Below are positions 26,911-36,647 of a stretch of 64,000 nt of DNA, one piece after another. The stretch's first letter is position 1, and every line of letters starts with the position of its first letter. The position numbers were made by a program, and so were the translations under genes. This DNA is from Thermodesulfobacteriota bacterium (GTDB lineage Bacteria > Desulfobacterota > Desulfobacteria > Desulfobacterales > SURF-7): assembly GCA_049320885.1 (NCBI GenBank), contig JBMORA010000064.1, positions 96,001-160,000 on the forward strand, written 5' to 3'. The notes beneath the pieces are model-generated. The model searched no databases and was not told where the DNA came from. It saw only the letters and a program-made list of their open reading frames with translations.

Positions 26911-28752
26911 TCAACCACCGAAAGCCGCTTCGATCATTTCGACGGCTGCACCGTCGGTTTTCAGAATGGCATCCAGTCTGCCCATGGTCACCGGCAGGAC
27001 ATAATGGATGAAAAACCGCGCCGTCTTGATCTGGCCGTCATAGAAGGCGATCTCCTTGTTCTTTTCCGCTTTGGCACGGATGGCTTCCGGATCGGAGGCA
27101 CCGGCCAGCTTTTCCAGTTTCGGCGCGGCGATGGCGGCCCGCCACAGCAGCATCCAGGCCATGGTTAAGTCGCCGAGGGATTCCAGAAACGGGTGCGCGA
27201 AAATATAGGCCTGCTTGATGCTGTCCGACATGGCTGTCTTCCCGAGGTGCATGGCGGTTTCACTGAAACGATTGAAAACCCGGTCCACGGCATCGGCCAG
27301 CCCGGCGGTCATGGGCTGTTCTTTGGCCGCCCCGATGTGCCGGCGGATTTCCCCCAGGTAGTCGAGGAAGGTCTTGCCTTTGTTCATTCCCAGCTTGCGG
27401 CCGAGGAGGTCGATGGCCTGGATGCCGTTGGTGCCTTCATATATCATGAAAATGCGGCAATCCCGCATCAGCTGTTCCACCGGATATTCCTGGATGTATC
27501 CGTAGCCGCCGTAGACCTGAACGGCGTGACTGGTGACCTCCAGGGCCTTATCGGTGATGTACCCTTTCACGATGGGCGTCAGCACGTCGATGAGCCCCAT
27601 CTGTCTGGCGCGTTCCTCCTCATTTTTTGCCGTGGCGGCCAGATCCCAGCATCGGCCGGTATAGTAAATCAGGCTGCGCATTCCTTCCACGTAGGATTTC
27701 ATGATCATCAGCTGACGGCGGACGTCCGCATGATGGATGATGGGGACCGGGCCCATGTCCGGATTGACCAGGTCGCGGCTTTGAATGCGTTCGCGGGCGT
27801 AATTGAGAGCGTACATATATGCCGCCGTGGAAACCGCGAACCCTTCCAGACCGACGAATTGTCGCGCTTCGTTCATCATGGTGAACATGGCGCGCATGCC
27901 TTTGTTTTCTTCACCCAGCAGGGTGCCGATGCACTGCCCTTTTCCGCCAAGGGTCAGGGAGCAGGTGGCATTGCCGTGCAGACCCATTTTTTCCTCGATG
28001 CCGGTGCAGACCACATCGTTGAATTCACCCAGGCTGCCGTCCGGCTGGATCCGATACTTGGGCACCAGAAAGAGGGAGATGCCCCTGGTGCCTTCCGGAG
28101 CGCCTTCGATGCGGGCCAGGACCGGATGAATGATATTCTCCACCATGTCCTGCTCCCCGCCGGAAATGAAGATCTTGGAACCGGTAATGGAATAGGTGCC
28201 GTCCGGATTTTTTTTGGCCGAGGTGGTCAGGGCGCCGACATCGGAGCCAGCCTCGGGCTCGGTGAGCAACATGGTGCCGGACCATTTGCCCGAGTACATA
28301 TTTTTAAGGCAGGCCTTTTTCTGCGCTTCGGTCCCATAGGTTTCAACCAGTTTGGCGGCACCGTGGGAGAGGCTCTGATACAGCATGAAGGCGGCGTTGG
28401 CCCCATGGAAATACTCGTTGGCCGCCAGGGAAACCAGCTTGGGCATTCCCTGCCCTCCCCATTCCGGGTCGTCGGTCATGGCCAGCCATTCTCCTTCATT
28501 ATACAACTTGTACACTTTGTGAAAACATTCGGGCACCGCGACCTTGCCGTTTTCAAAGCGGCACCCCTCATCCCCCGGTTTCTGCGTAGGCAGTATCTCC
28601 TTGATGGCCAGGTTCCTGGCCTCCGTGACGATCAGGTCGATGGTTTTTTTGTCGAACTCGGCGAATTTTTCATTTTTCGCCAGTTCCGCCGCCCCCATCT
28701 GTTCATGTAAAACAAAATCAACATCTCTTCGATCTGCAATCAGCTGTGCCAT
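26911..28752 (-). CDS. Acyl-CoA dehydrogenase (long, FadE5-like)
   Basis: GTMLLTEPEAGSD, ITGSKIFIS, EEKMGLHG, MMNEAR, QVYGGYGY, IYEGTNGIQ. ATG at 28752 after RBS AAGGAG. Confidence 0.95.
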   Translation of the reverse strand: MAQLIADRRDVDFVLHEQMGAAELAKNEKFAEFDKKTIDLIVTEARNLAIKEILPTQKPGDEGCRFENGKVAVPECFHKVYKLYNEGEWLAMTDDPEWGGQGMPKLVSLAANEYFHGANAAFMLYQSLSHGAAKLVETYGTEAQKKACLKNMYSGKWSGTMLLTEPEAGSDVGALTTSAKKNPDGTYSITGSKIFISGGEQDMVENIIHPVLARIEGAPEGTRGISLFLVPKYRIQPDGSLGEFNDVVCTGIEEKMGLHGNATCSLTLGGKGQCIGTLLGEENKGMRAMFTMMNEARQFVGLEGFAVSTAAYMYALNYARERIQSRDLVNPDMGPVPIIHHADVRRQLMIMKSYVEGMRSLIYYTGRCWDLAATAKNEEERARQMGLIDVLTPIVKGYITDKALEVTSHAVQVYGGYGYIQEYPVEQLMRDCRIFMIYEGTNGIQAIDLLGRKLGMNKGKTFLDYLGEIRRHIGAAKEQPMTAGLADAVDRVFNRFSETAMHLGKTAMSDSIKQAYIFAHPFLESLGDLTMAWMLLWRAAIAAPKLEKLAGASDPEAIRAKAEKNKEIAFYDGQIKTARFFIHYVLPVTMGRLDAILKTDGAAVEMIEAAFGG

Positions 28753-28874
28753 GCGTTTTTCTCCTTGCCAGTGTATGTATTGTTTCGCGACGGTTTTCAC
28801 CCCTATCCGAAAGGGCGCAACCGCAGCGGGATTTTGTGCCGGGGAACCATTTCGCGTACTTCGTATTGGAATGT

Positions 28875-28903
28875 GTTGTAAGCTAGTCGGGATTCGATGT
28901 CAA
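28875..28903 (-). promoter_or_regulatory. Sigma70 promoter TTGACA-17-TACAAC for the acyl-CoA dehydrogenase
   Basis: Minus strand TTGACAtcgaatcccgactagctTACAAC. Confidence 0.6.
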
Positions 28904-29077
28904 GGGTCGATGACGAACAGTTTTCTTTTTAATAAATTGATATCATATATAATATTTATAGGTATGGATCAAATCCGGGGCTCTCCGGTTTCCGGTTTCC
29001 GCATGCGGGACCATGGTTTTCCCCGATGATTAGCCATGCCGATGACGCGACGGGTGGGCGGCAGCGGCATTTGTAAC

Positions 29078-29106
29078 TTGACTCAACGGCCTTTCTGGCT
29101 TAGATT
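29078..29106 (+). promoter_or_regulatory. Sigma70 promoter TTGACT-17-TAGATT for the cooC-like operon
   Basis: TTGACTcaacggcctttctggctTAGATT. Confidence 0.6.
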
Positions 29107-29180
29107 GCCATTTGTTATTATTCAGTAATTCAGTATCCGCGACCCCGTTTATGCGGATCATAAGGAAAGGAAGGATGGTA

Positions 29181-29930
29181 ATGCCGTTTTCAATCGCTTT
29201 GGCCGGAAAAGGCGGAACCGGGAAAACAACCGTATGCGGGATGTTGATCAAATATCTTGTGAAAAAAGGCATGACGCCGATTTTGGCCGTTGATGCCGAC
29301 AGCAACGCCAATTTAAATGAGGTCCTTGGTTTGAAGGTGCCCGAGACATTGGGCAACGCCAGGGAGGAAATGAAAAAAGGCAATGTGCCCAGCGGCATGA
29401 CCAAGGACATTTTTATCGAAATGAAACTGGAGCAGGCCGTGGCTGAATCCGACGGGTTCGATCTGGTCGTCATGGGGCAGCCGGAAGGATCGGGTTGCTA
29501 CTGTGCCGCCAATACCCTGCTGATCAATTTTTTGGATCGGCTCCAGGGGAATTATGACTATATTGTAATGGATAACGAAGCGGGTATGGAGCATATCAGC
29601 CGGATGACCACCCGGAACGTGGACATTCTGCTGGTGGTGTCCGACCCCTCCCGGCGCAGCCTGCAAGCGGCGGCACGGATCAACAAGCTGGCGGCCGAAC
29701 TGAATATCGGAGTCGGCAAGAGTTATCTGATCATCAACCAGGCCAAGGAACCCCCTTCCATTCAGGTGAATGAAATGCTGAAAGAAGAGGGATTGGTTCT
29801 GGCCGGGTTGATTCCGGAGGACGATACTGTCTACGATTTCGATTTCAAGGGGCGGCCGACCATCGATATGCCGGAAACCAGCCGGTCGGTGGCCGCGGCT
29901 TTCCGGATATTTGACGGCATTTTTTCCTGA
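29181..29930 (+). CDS. cooC: CooC/AcsF-type nickel-insertion ATPase (CODH/ACS maturation)
   Basis: Deviant Walker A GKGGTGKTT, AVDAD, GCYC metal motif, DNEAGMEH. Confidence 0.88.
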   Translation: MPFSIALAGKGGTGKTTVCGMLIKYLVKKGMTPILAVDADSNANLNEVLGLKVPETLGNAREEMKKGNVPSGMTKDIFIEMKLEQAVAESDGFDLVVMGQPEGSGCYCAANTLLINFLDRLQGNYDYIVMDNEAGMEHISRMTTRNVDILLVVSDPSRRSLQAAARINKLAAELNIGVGKSYLIINQAKEPPSIQVNEMLKEEGLVLAGLIPEDDTVYDFDFKGRPTIDMPETSRSVAAAFRIFDGIFS

Positions 29931-29957
29931 AGACGTCCGGGTGAATCGGGTTTCCAC

Positions 29958-30833
29958 ATGATGTCGATTGACACCACCGCCACCAGCGTGTTGCCGGAAA
30001 AGCCGGATCATCTCGCCCCGCATGACGAGCTGCACATCTACTACATCCAGGGGCGGATCGTCGACGGTCTGCTGCCGAATAATAAAGAGTTTATCGGTAA
30101 CTGGGAAGAAGGGGATTTCTCCTTTCTGTTTTTTTCAACCCCCGCGGATGAGGAGGTTGCCCGTATTGTATCCCGCCAACCGTCTCTAATACTGCTGGAC
30201 TGCTACAGAATGCCGTATGTCCAATGGTTGGGCGAAGAACTTCGTCCCTTTTCCGTCGGCGGTTTCCATATCCTCCCGCCCTGGGAGGAATCCCGCGTTG
30301 CCGGGGCCGGGGATAACCGAAAGATCGTCCTGGACCCCGGAGTCGTTTTCGGGACCGGCACGCATGCCACCACCCATGACTGCCTTGAAGCCCTGCAGCA
30401 ACTGTGCTATAAACAAAAAATTGAAACAGTACTTGATCTCGGTACCGGAACGGGTTTGCTCGCCATCGCTGCCTGCCGTTTGAACTGCCGAAGGGTTTTG
30501 GCCGTGGATTTGAATTTTTTGGCCGCCCGGACAGCCAGGCGAAATGCCGCCTTGAACGGGATGACTGACCGCATTCTGGTGGCCCAGGGACGGGCGGAGG
30601 ATTTTATGGACAGGCCCGCGGATCTTATGATATCGAATATCCACTATGACGTGATGAAGGAACTGATCGGTTCGGCGGGATTTGCACACCACCGATGGTT
30701 CATTCTGTCCGGACTGATGCGCAGCCAGGCGCGGGCCGTTTCCGAGCAGCTGAAAAAACTTCCGGTGACGGTGTTGAAGACATGGGAGCGGGATGGTATT
30801 TGGCATACATTTTTCGGAAAAGGGCTGGGGTGA
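29958..30833 (+). CDS. PrmA-like SAM-dependent methyltransferase
   Basis: LDPGVVFGTGTHATT, VLDLGTGTGLL, ILSG. Confidence 0.8.
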   Translation: MMSIDTTATSVLPEKPDHLAPHDELHIYYIQGRIVDGLLPNNKEFIGNWEEGDFSFLFFSTPADEEVARIVSRQPSLILLDCYRMPYVQWLGEELRPFSVGGFHILPPWEESRVAGAGDNRKIVLDPGVVFGTGTHATTHDCLEALQQLCYKQKIETVLDLGTGTGLLAIAACRLNCRRVLAVDLNFLAARTARRNAALNGMTDRILVAQGRAEDFMDRPADLMISNIHYDVMKELIGSAGFAHHRWFILSGLMRSQARAVSEQLKKLPVTVLKTWERDGIWHTFFGKGLG

Positions 30834-30857
30834 AGTTATCCGTCTGAAAGGGCGCGC

Positions 30858-31697
30858 ATGTACATTAAATGTTGGGGTTCAAGAGGATCGATACCGGTAT
30901 CGGGAAGAGCATTCAACAAATATGGCGGCGATACCACCTGCCTGGAAATCAGGACCCAGAGCGACGACATCATCATCGTTGATGCCGGCACCGGCATCCG
31001 CAGGTTGGGCAATAAATTGATCGATGAAGAGCGCTATGAGTACCACCTGCTGTTCACCCACGCCCATTGGGATCATCTCATGGGCTTTCCCTTTTTCAAA
31101 CCTCTTTTTACCCGAAAAGCGGAAATCAAGACCTACCGCTGTCCCTTTCCCGGGCGATATGTGGAAGACATGATTTCCAAGGTGCTCGCCCCGCCGAATT
31201 TCCCGGTCAAGTATTCGGACCTGAGCGCCAATTTCGCTTATCAATTCGGTTGCCCGGAGACCATTACCATCGGTTCCATGACCGTGATGCCCATACGGCT
31301 GAGCCATCCCAACGGCGGAAGCGGATATAAATTCGTGGAGGGGGATCGCTCCTTCGTTTTTCTGACAGACAACGAGCTGGGGTTCGTGCACCCGGGAGGT
31401 CTCACCTCACAAGAATACCTTGCCCATGCCAGGGGGGTGGATCTCCTGATCCACGACGCCGAATATACGCCGAAAGAGTATCAGACCCAGATCGAATGGG
31501 GGCATTCTTCCTATATCGACGCTCTTGAACTGGCGTTCCGGGCCGGCGTGAAACGACTTGGTCTGTTTCATTTGAACCAGGAACGCACGGACCGCCAAAT
31601 GGATGCGATCGTCCGTACTTGCCAGAAAATCATCCATGAGAGGAACGAAACATTGGAGTGCTTCGCCGTGGCGAGCGACATGGAGTTCTCCCTGTAA
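30858..31697 (+). CDS. Metallo-beta-lactamase-fold hydrolase
   Basis: WGSRGSIP, DAGTG, THAHWDH, HPNG, TDNE, HDAEY, WGHS. Confidence 0.9.
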   Translation: MYIKCWGSRGSIPVSGRAFNKYGGDTTCLEIRTQSDDIIIVDAGTGIRRLGNKLIDEERYEYHLLFTHAHWDHLMGFPFFKPLFTRKAEIKTYRCPFPGRYVEDMISKVLAPPNFPVKYSDLSANFAYQFGCPETITIGSMTVMPIRLSHPNGGSGYKFVEGDRSFVFLTDNELGFVHPGGLTSQEYLAHARGVDLLIHDAEYTPKEYQTQIEWGHSSYIDALELAFRAGVKRLGLFHLNQERTDRQMDAIVRTCQKIIHERNETLECFAVASDMEFSL

Positions 31698-31805
31698 TTG
31701 GTTCATGGCGGACATGGCGGCCTCTTTTCCCGCAAGCAGTGACCCCAGCGGGGGTATCGGCGCTTCGAATTCGGTGTAACCTTATTTCATCAGTGAGCCT
31801 GAGCA

Positions 31806-32555
31806 ATGGAATCCAAGCGGATTGAAATCGTGGCCCGCCGGCTATTGTCAGCGAACTATGTGGCGGCATTGACCGGCGCCGGCATTTCAGTGGAAAGCGG
31901 TATTCCCCCATTTCGCGGCAAAGGCGGATTGTGGGAGAAAATCGATCCCATGAAATACGCCCATATCCGGTCCTTCATGACCGACCCGGCCGATGTGTGG
32001 CAGGTTCTGCTGCGGGAAATGAAAACGGTGCTCGAGAAGGCCGAGCCCAACGATGGTCATCGGGGGCTGGCCCGCCTGGAGGCCATGGGGTTGCTGAAAA
32101 CCGTGATCACCCAGAATGTCGATGGGTTGCACCAACGCGCGGGCAATTCTGATGTGATTGAATTTCATGGGAATTTTGCTGATTATTATTGCCTGGATTG
32201 CGGTCTCCGCAAACATTTCGGCGATATCGACCTCACGACGCTGCCGCCAAGATGTGTATGCGGAGGAATCATCCGACCGGATTGCGTGTTTTTCGGCGAG
32301 GAAATCCCCCGGGCATTGTTGCAGCGCTCACAGGAAATCGCATCCCGATGCGACCTCATGCTGGTGATCGGCACATCCGCACTGGTCCAGCCCGCGGCTT
32401 TCATGCCGGTCATCGCCAGGGACCACGGCGCCGCCGTGATTGAAATCAATCCCGATCCCACCCCGTTAACCGGGACGATCAGCGACATGCTGATTCAGGG
32501 CAAAGCCGGGGCATCGCTGAACGCCATCATCGAGGTATTGGAACGGATGCGCTGA
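31806..32555 (+). CDS. cobB: NAD-dependent protein deacylase (sirtuin)
   Basis: GAGISVESGIP, QNVDGLH, HG, CLDC..CVC zinc site, GTS, IN. Confidence 0.92.
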   Translation: MESKRIEIVARRLLSANYVAALTGAGISVESGIPPFRGKGGLWEKIDPMKYAHIRSFMTDPADVWQVLLREMKTVLEKAEPNDGHRGLARLEAMGLLKTVITQNVDGLHQRAGNSDVIEFHGNFADYYCLDCGLRKHFGDIDLTTLPPRCVCGGIIRPDCVFFGEEIPRALLQRSQEIASRCDLMLVIGTSALVQPAAFMPVIARDHGAAVIEINPDPTPLTGTISDMLIQGKAGASLNAIIEVLERMR

Positions 32556-32626
32556 TTCTCCGGAAACCGCCTCGGTCAACCCTGCGGTTTGTCGATTACC
32601 GTATGTTCAGGAAAAAGGATGATACC

Positions 32627-34177
32627 ATGGAAGCGGAACGCCACGGCTGGGTGTGGACCCTGCGCCTTGAAAGACCCAGTCTGCGGGATAATACGGCCGA
32701 TGCGGATCGGTTGCTTCTGAAGCTTAAAAAACTGCTGCGGGTGGAATCCATCGGGGTTGATCTTGCCTTGCTGCGCGAGCTTCCAGCGATTCTGCGCCGC
32801 TGGGATTACCACGTCCGCTGTGTCGTTTTCAAGGACGGCGGGCAATGGCGGCTGGTTGGGGTACTCGGAGGAAACGAGGAAACCGTGCCGTTGGGACTGG
32901 CGGTCGACTTGGGAACCACACGGGTGGTGGTCCGTCTGGTGGAGCTGGAGAAGGGGGAGGCCGTCGAGGAGACCTCCTTCGACAACCCCCAGATTGCCAT
33001 AGGGCCTGATGTCCTCGCGCGAATCCATTTCGCCGGTCAGTCGGCGGAAAATCGGCGGCAGCTCCGGGAACTCATCATTGACGGATTGAACCGCGGCATC
33101 CAGCGCCTGTGCCCGGCGGGACGCGCATCATCGGACAATATCTTCCTGGTGGCGGTGGCGGGGAACACCGTCATGACCCACCTGTTCCTGGAACTCGACA
33201 CCCACTGGCTTATCCGTGAGCCGTATATCCCCGTGGTGAACGCGCCGGCTGACATTACGGCCTCACAATTGGGCCTGTGGACTAATCCCCGCGCCCGGAT
33301 GTTGATTTTTCCCAATGTCGGGAGTTATTTCGGCGGAGACCTGATCTCCGGGATCCTTTTTGCCGGCCTCCACGAAAACGATGAAACCGCCATTCTGGTG
33401 GATGTGGGCACCAATGCGGAAGTCGTCCTCGGCAACCGCCATTGGCTGATGGCCTGCGCCGGCGCCGCCGGTCCGGCCCTGGAAGGCGGGGTGACAAGAA
33501 TGGGAATGATGGCCGGACCCGGGGTTATCGATCAGGTGACCATCGACCGGCGGACCCGCGAGTTACATGTGCACACCATTGGGGAGCAGCCGCCCCGAGG
33601 TATCTGCGGTTCGGGACTCATTGATCTGGCGGCCCAGCTGTTTCTGTCCGGGATTATCGATATCCGGGGAAAATTTCAACCGGAGCAGGCGCCGGGGCGG
33701 ATCGTGGAAAAGGATGGATTGCGGCATCTCATTGTCGTACCGGCCGGGAGTTCCGCTACCGGAGAGCCGTTGACCATCAGCCAGGCGGACCTGGACAGTC
33801 TGGTGCGCTCCAAGGCCGCCATGTATACCATCCTGGAAACCATCACCACGGCCGTGGGCGTCACCTTCCGGGAACTTGCCCGGTTTTATGTGGCCGGCAC
33901 TTTCGGCGCCTATATCCGGCCTTCCTCGGCCATCGCCATCGGCATGCTGCCGGATTTGCCCCCGGAAACCTATCAAACCCTGGGTAACAGTTCTCTGGCA
34001 GGTGCCGCCATGGTTCTTGCCCGGCCGGACAGGGTCGACGAAATCAGCCGGATTCGGGATCGGATCACCTACCTGGAGCTGAACGTGAATCAGGACCTGA
34101 TGAACCGGTTCAGCGCCGCCAAGTTCTTTCCCCACACGGATGCGCAACGGTTTCCCACGGTGCGGGTCTGGGAATGA
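32627..34177 (+). CDS. ASKHA-family corrinoid reductive activase (RACo/AcsV-like) without N-terminal [2Fe-2S] domain
   Basis: DLGTT, NPQ..GPDVLARI, AGNTVM, DVGTNAE, AAGPALEG, GICGSG, AGTFG, LGNSSLAGA. No ferredoxin Cys motif at the N-terminus. Confidence 0.88.
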   Translation: MEAERHGWVWTLRLERPSLRDNTADADRLLLKLKKLLRVESIGVDLALLRELPAILRRWDYHVRCVVFKDGGQWRLVGVLGGNEETVPLGLAVDLGTTRVVVRLVELEKGEAVEETSFDNPQIAIGPDVLARIHFAGQSAENRRQLRELIIDGLNRGIQRLCPAGRASSDNIFLVAVAGNTVMTHLFLELDTHWLIREPYIPVVNAPADITASQLGLWTNPRARMLIFPNVGSYFGGDLISGILFAGLHENDETAILVDVGTNAEVVLGNRHWLMACAGAAGPALEGGVTRMGMMAGPGVIDQVTIDRRTRELHVHTIGEQPPRGICGSGLIDLAAQLFLSGIIDIRGKFQPEQAPGRIVEKDGLRHLIVVPAGSSATGEPLTISQADLDSLVRSKAAMYTILETITTAVGVTFRELARFYVAGTFGAYIRPSSAIAIGMLPDLPPETYQTLGNSSLAGAAMVLARPDRVDEISRIRDRITYLELNVNQDLMNRFSAAKFFPHTDAQRFPTVRVWE

Positions 34178-34234
34178 GCCGGATGGTGTTCACGAATCCG
34201 CGTAAAACGCAATCCCCGGGCCTTACCTTAGCGT

Positions 34235-34263
34235 TTGACTTACGATCGTGAAAATATTATTCT
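34235..34263 (+). promoter_or_regulatory. Sigma70 promoter TTGACT-17-TATTCT
   Basis: TTGACTtacgatcgtgaaaatatTATTCT upstream of the lipoprotein gene. Confidence 0.65.
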
Positions 34264-34317
34264 GGCACCGCCTTGACCCAAAAGACCGCATCCTACAAAA
34301 CGACAAAGGAGAATGGA

Positions 34318-34947
34318 ATGAAATCAATCGGGAAACTCTTTATAGCGGCCCTTTCCGGCTGGATGTTTTTCACCATTTGCGGCTGCACTGTCTATCCCAA
34401 ACCGCGCCTGGATAACGGGTACTATAAAAATTTCGAATATGAATTCAAATTCAGACTCCCTGGTGGCTGGGTGGCGCACAATTATATTACGGATGAGATT
34501 GCCGAGGGTGTCGCCGCCGAATTCGCCGAAAATTTCGTTTTCATGCTGACCAATCCGGAAACCGAGGGGATGATCCTGATTACGGCCGAAAAGTCCGAAT
34601 TCGACATCGTCTCCATCGGCTATAACAAGGAGTCCCTGAAGGAAAAAATATTGGCCAAAATTTCGGAGTGGGAAGCCCAGCTTGCGGAAAGGTATGCATT
34701 TGAGAACTATACCTATCAGCTGTACCCGGTTGAAATCGCCGAGGGGTATGGACCGACGCTGATCTATAGTGAAACGGCCAACAGCCTGAAGGGCGACAAT
34801 TATGCCCGGGCATATTTGTTGAACCGGTGCAGCAAGGAAGGCACCTGCAGCCTGCAGGTCACCCTGATTTCCAAGGATGCAGGATATGATTATAATTTCA
34901 AGGTATTTACCGATATAGTCAACTCCCTGATCAAGGTATATAAGTAG
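34318..34947 (+). CDS. Hypothetical lipoprotein
   Basis: MKSIGK...FFTICGC signal/lipobox. RBS AAGGAG. Confidence 0.7.
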   Translation: MKSIGKLFIAALSGWMFFTICGCTVYPKPRLDNGYYKNFEYEFKFRLPGGWVAHNYITDEIAEGVAAEFAENFVFMLTNPETEGMILITAEKSEFDIVSIGYNKESLKEKILAKISEWEAQLAERYAFENYTYQLYPVEIAEGYGPTLIYSETANSLKGDNYARAYLLNRCSKEGTCSLQVTLISKDAGYDYNFKVFTDIVNSLIKVYK

Positions 34948-35003
34948 AGCGTTTGGGCGGAAGATCATGATCAGGGTCGGAAACGGTATCGAAAGGCGGC
35001 CGC

Positions 35004-36563
35004 ATGCCCGAAGAACTGACCATCAAGGTCGACCCTGAATTCATCGATGACCGGGAACATCTCAACACCTTGATCCGGCAAGCATTGCCGGCTTCCATTC
35101 GTGGGGTCGACGGTTTCAGGATCGTCAAACGTTCCATTGACGCCCGATCCAGAAACCCCGCTTATATCCTGAAAATCGCCTTGGCGTCCCCGGACGAGTC
35201 GGATTCCGGGAGGGATATGCACGTATCCCGTTTTCGTCCGGTGAGTGCCAATAAAACCGTTCTGATCGTCGGCGCGGGTCCTGCCGGCTATTTTGCCGCC
35301 TTGAAACTCATTGAACATGGTCTGAAACCGGTGATTCTGGAGCGGGGTGCGGATGTGGTCGCCCGCCGAAAAGCTATCGCCGGCATTCATCGGCACGGGA
35401 TTGTTTCCCCGGACTCGAATTACTGTTTCGGCGAAGGCGGGGCCGGTGCTTATTCCGACGGTAAGCTTTACACCCGTTCCACCAAGCGCGGAGATACGGC
35501 GGATGTTATCCGTCTACTAGTGGCCCACGGCGCCCGGGAAGATCTTCTCGTGGATGCGCATCCCCATATCGGTTCCAACAGGCTGCCGCGGATCATCCGG
35601 GAAATCCGGAATACGATTCTGTCCTGCGGAGGGGAAATCCACTTCCAGACCCGCGTGGATGATTTTATTCCCGGGGACGGGCGGATACGGGGGGTACGGG
35701 TGGATGGCGGCGGAGAATATCAGGGCGAGGCCGTCATTTTGGCCTGCGGCCATTCCGCACGGGATTTGTTTGCCGTATTCCCCAAAAACAAGTGGCTCAT
35801 CGAGCCCAAACCTTTCGCTGCCGGGCTGCGTGTCGAGCATCCCCAGGCGCTGATCGATCAGATTCGCTATCATCAGCGGCCCCGTCATCCCAACCTGCCG
35901 CCGGCGTCCTATCGGATCGCCGCCCAGATCGAGGACCGGGGAGTCTATTCTTTCTGCATGTGTCCGGGTGGTGTCATTATTCCCGCCGCCACGGCGCCGG
36001 GAGAAATGGTGATCAACGGCATGAGCTTTTCAGATCGCGGCGGACCCCATGCCAATGCCGGTATCGTGGTGGAAATACGCCTGGAAGATCTCCTGCCCGG
36101 TGGTTTCACGGGCCCCTTTATGGCCCTCGACTTCCAGAAAAAACTGGAACAGGCCGCTTTTCAAGCCGGCGGCGGGGACCAGAATGCTCCTGCCCAGCGG
36201 CTGACCGATTTTGTGGAGGGCCGTTTTTCCGATACGCTGCCGGTTTCTTCCTATCGACCGGGGATTCGTTCGGCACCCTTGCACAACCTGCTGCCGCCGG
36301 ACATGAGCCGACGTCTGCGGCAGGCCTTTATCGTTTTCGGGAAAAAAATGAAGGGATATTATACCCGGGAAGCGATTGTCGTGGGAGTGGAGTCCCGGAC
36401 CAGTTCTCCGGTGCGTATTCCCCGGGATGTCCACAGCCTGGCTCACCCCCAGGTGGCCAATCTCTACCCTTGCGGGGAAGGCGCCGGCCATGCCGGCGGC
36501 ATTGTTTCCGCCGCCATGGACGGTCAGCAGGCGGCCCGGCGGATTGCAGCCGTTCTGGCATGA
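35004..36563 (+). CDS. FAD-dependent oxidoreductase (uncharacterised flavoprotein family)
   Basis: IVGAGPAG, FGEGGAGAYSDGKL, HPHIGSN, SFCMCPGG, YPCGEGAG. Confidence 0.88.
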   Translation: MPEELTIKVDPEFIDDREHLNTLIRQALPASIRGVDGFRIVKRSIDARSRNPAYILKIALASPDESDSGRDMHVSRFRPVSANKTVLIVGAGPAGYFAALKLIEHGLKPVILERGADVVARRKAIAGIHRHGIVSPDSNYCFGEGGAGAYSDGKLYTRSTKRGDTADVIRLLVAHGAREDLLVDAHPHIGSNRLPRIIREIRNTILSCGGEIHFQTRVDDFIPGDGRIRGVRVDGGGEYQGEAVILACGHSARDLFAVFPKNKWLIEPKPFAAGLRVEHPQALIDQIRYHQRPRHPNLPPASYRIAAQIEDRGVYSFCMCPGGVIIPAATAPGEMVINGMSFSDRGGPHANAGIVVEIRLEDLLPGGFTGPFMALDFQKKLEQAAFQAGGGDQNAPAQRLTDFVEGRFSDTLPVSSYRPGIRSAPLHNLLPPDMSRRLRQAFIVFGKKMKGYYTREAIVVGVESRTSSPVRIPRDVHSLAHPQVANLYPCGEGAGHAGGIVSAAMDGQQAARRIAAVLA

Positions 36564-36647
36564 CCCGGTCGGTCGGGACGTGCTTATCCGCCGGGAGGTG
36601 CCGGTTGAGGCCCGGTTTCAAAAAAGGTCTTCGGGCGGTGTCCGTAA

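Noticed and set aside
27193..28710. 505-aa + strand ORF, and similar long antisense ORFs (573-1652, 24943-26058, 41831-42877, 42699-44108, 43948-44991)
   Set aside because: They lie antisense to well-supported genes, have no recognisable motifs, and are expected shadows of GC-rich codon usage.
28790..28860. CCGAAAGGGCGCAA segment resembling a c-di-GMP-I riboswitch
   Set aside because: Wrong strand for the downstream acyl-CoA dehydrogenase, and the other conserved riboswitch elements are missing.
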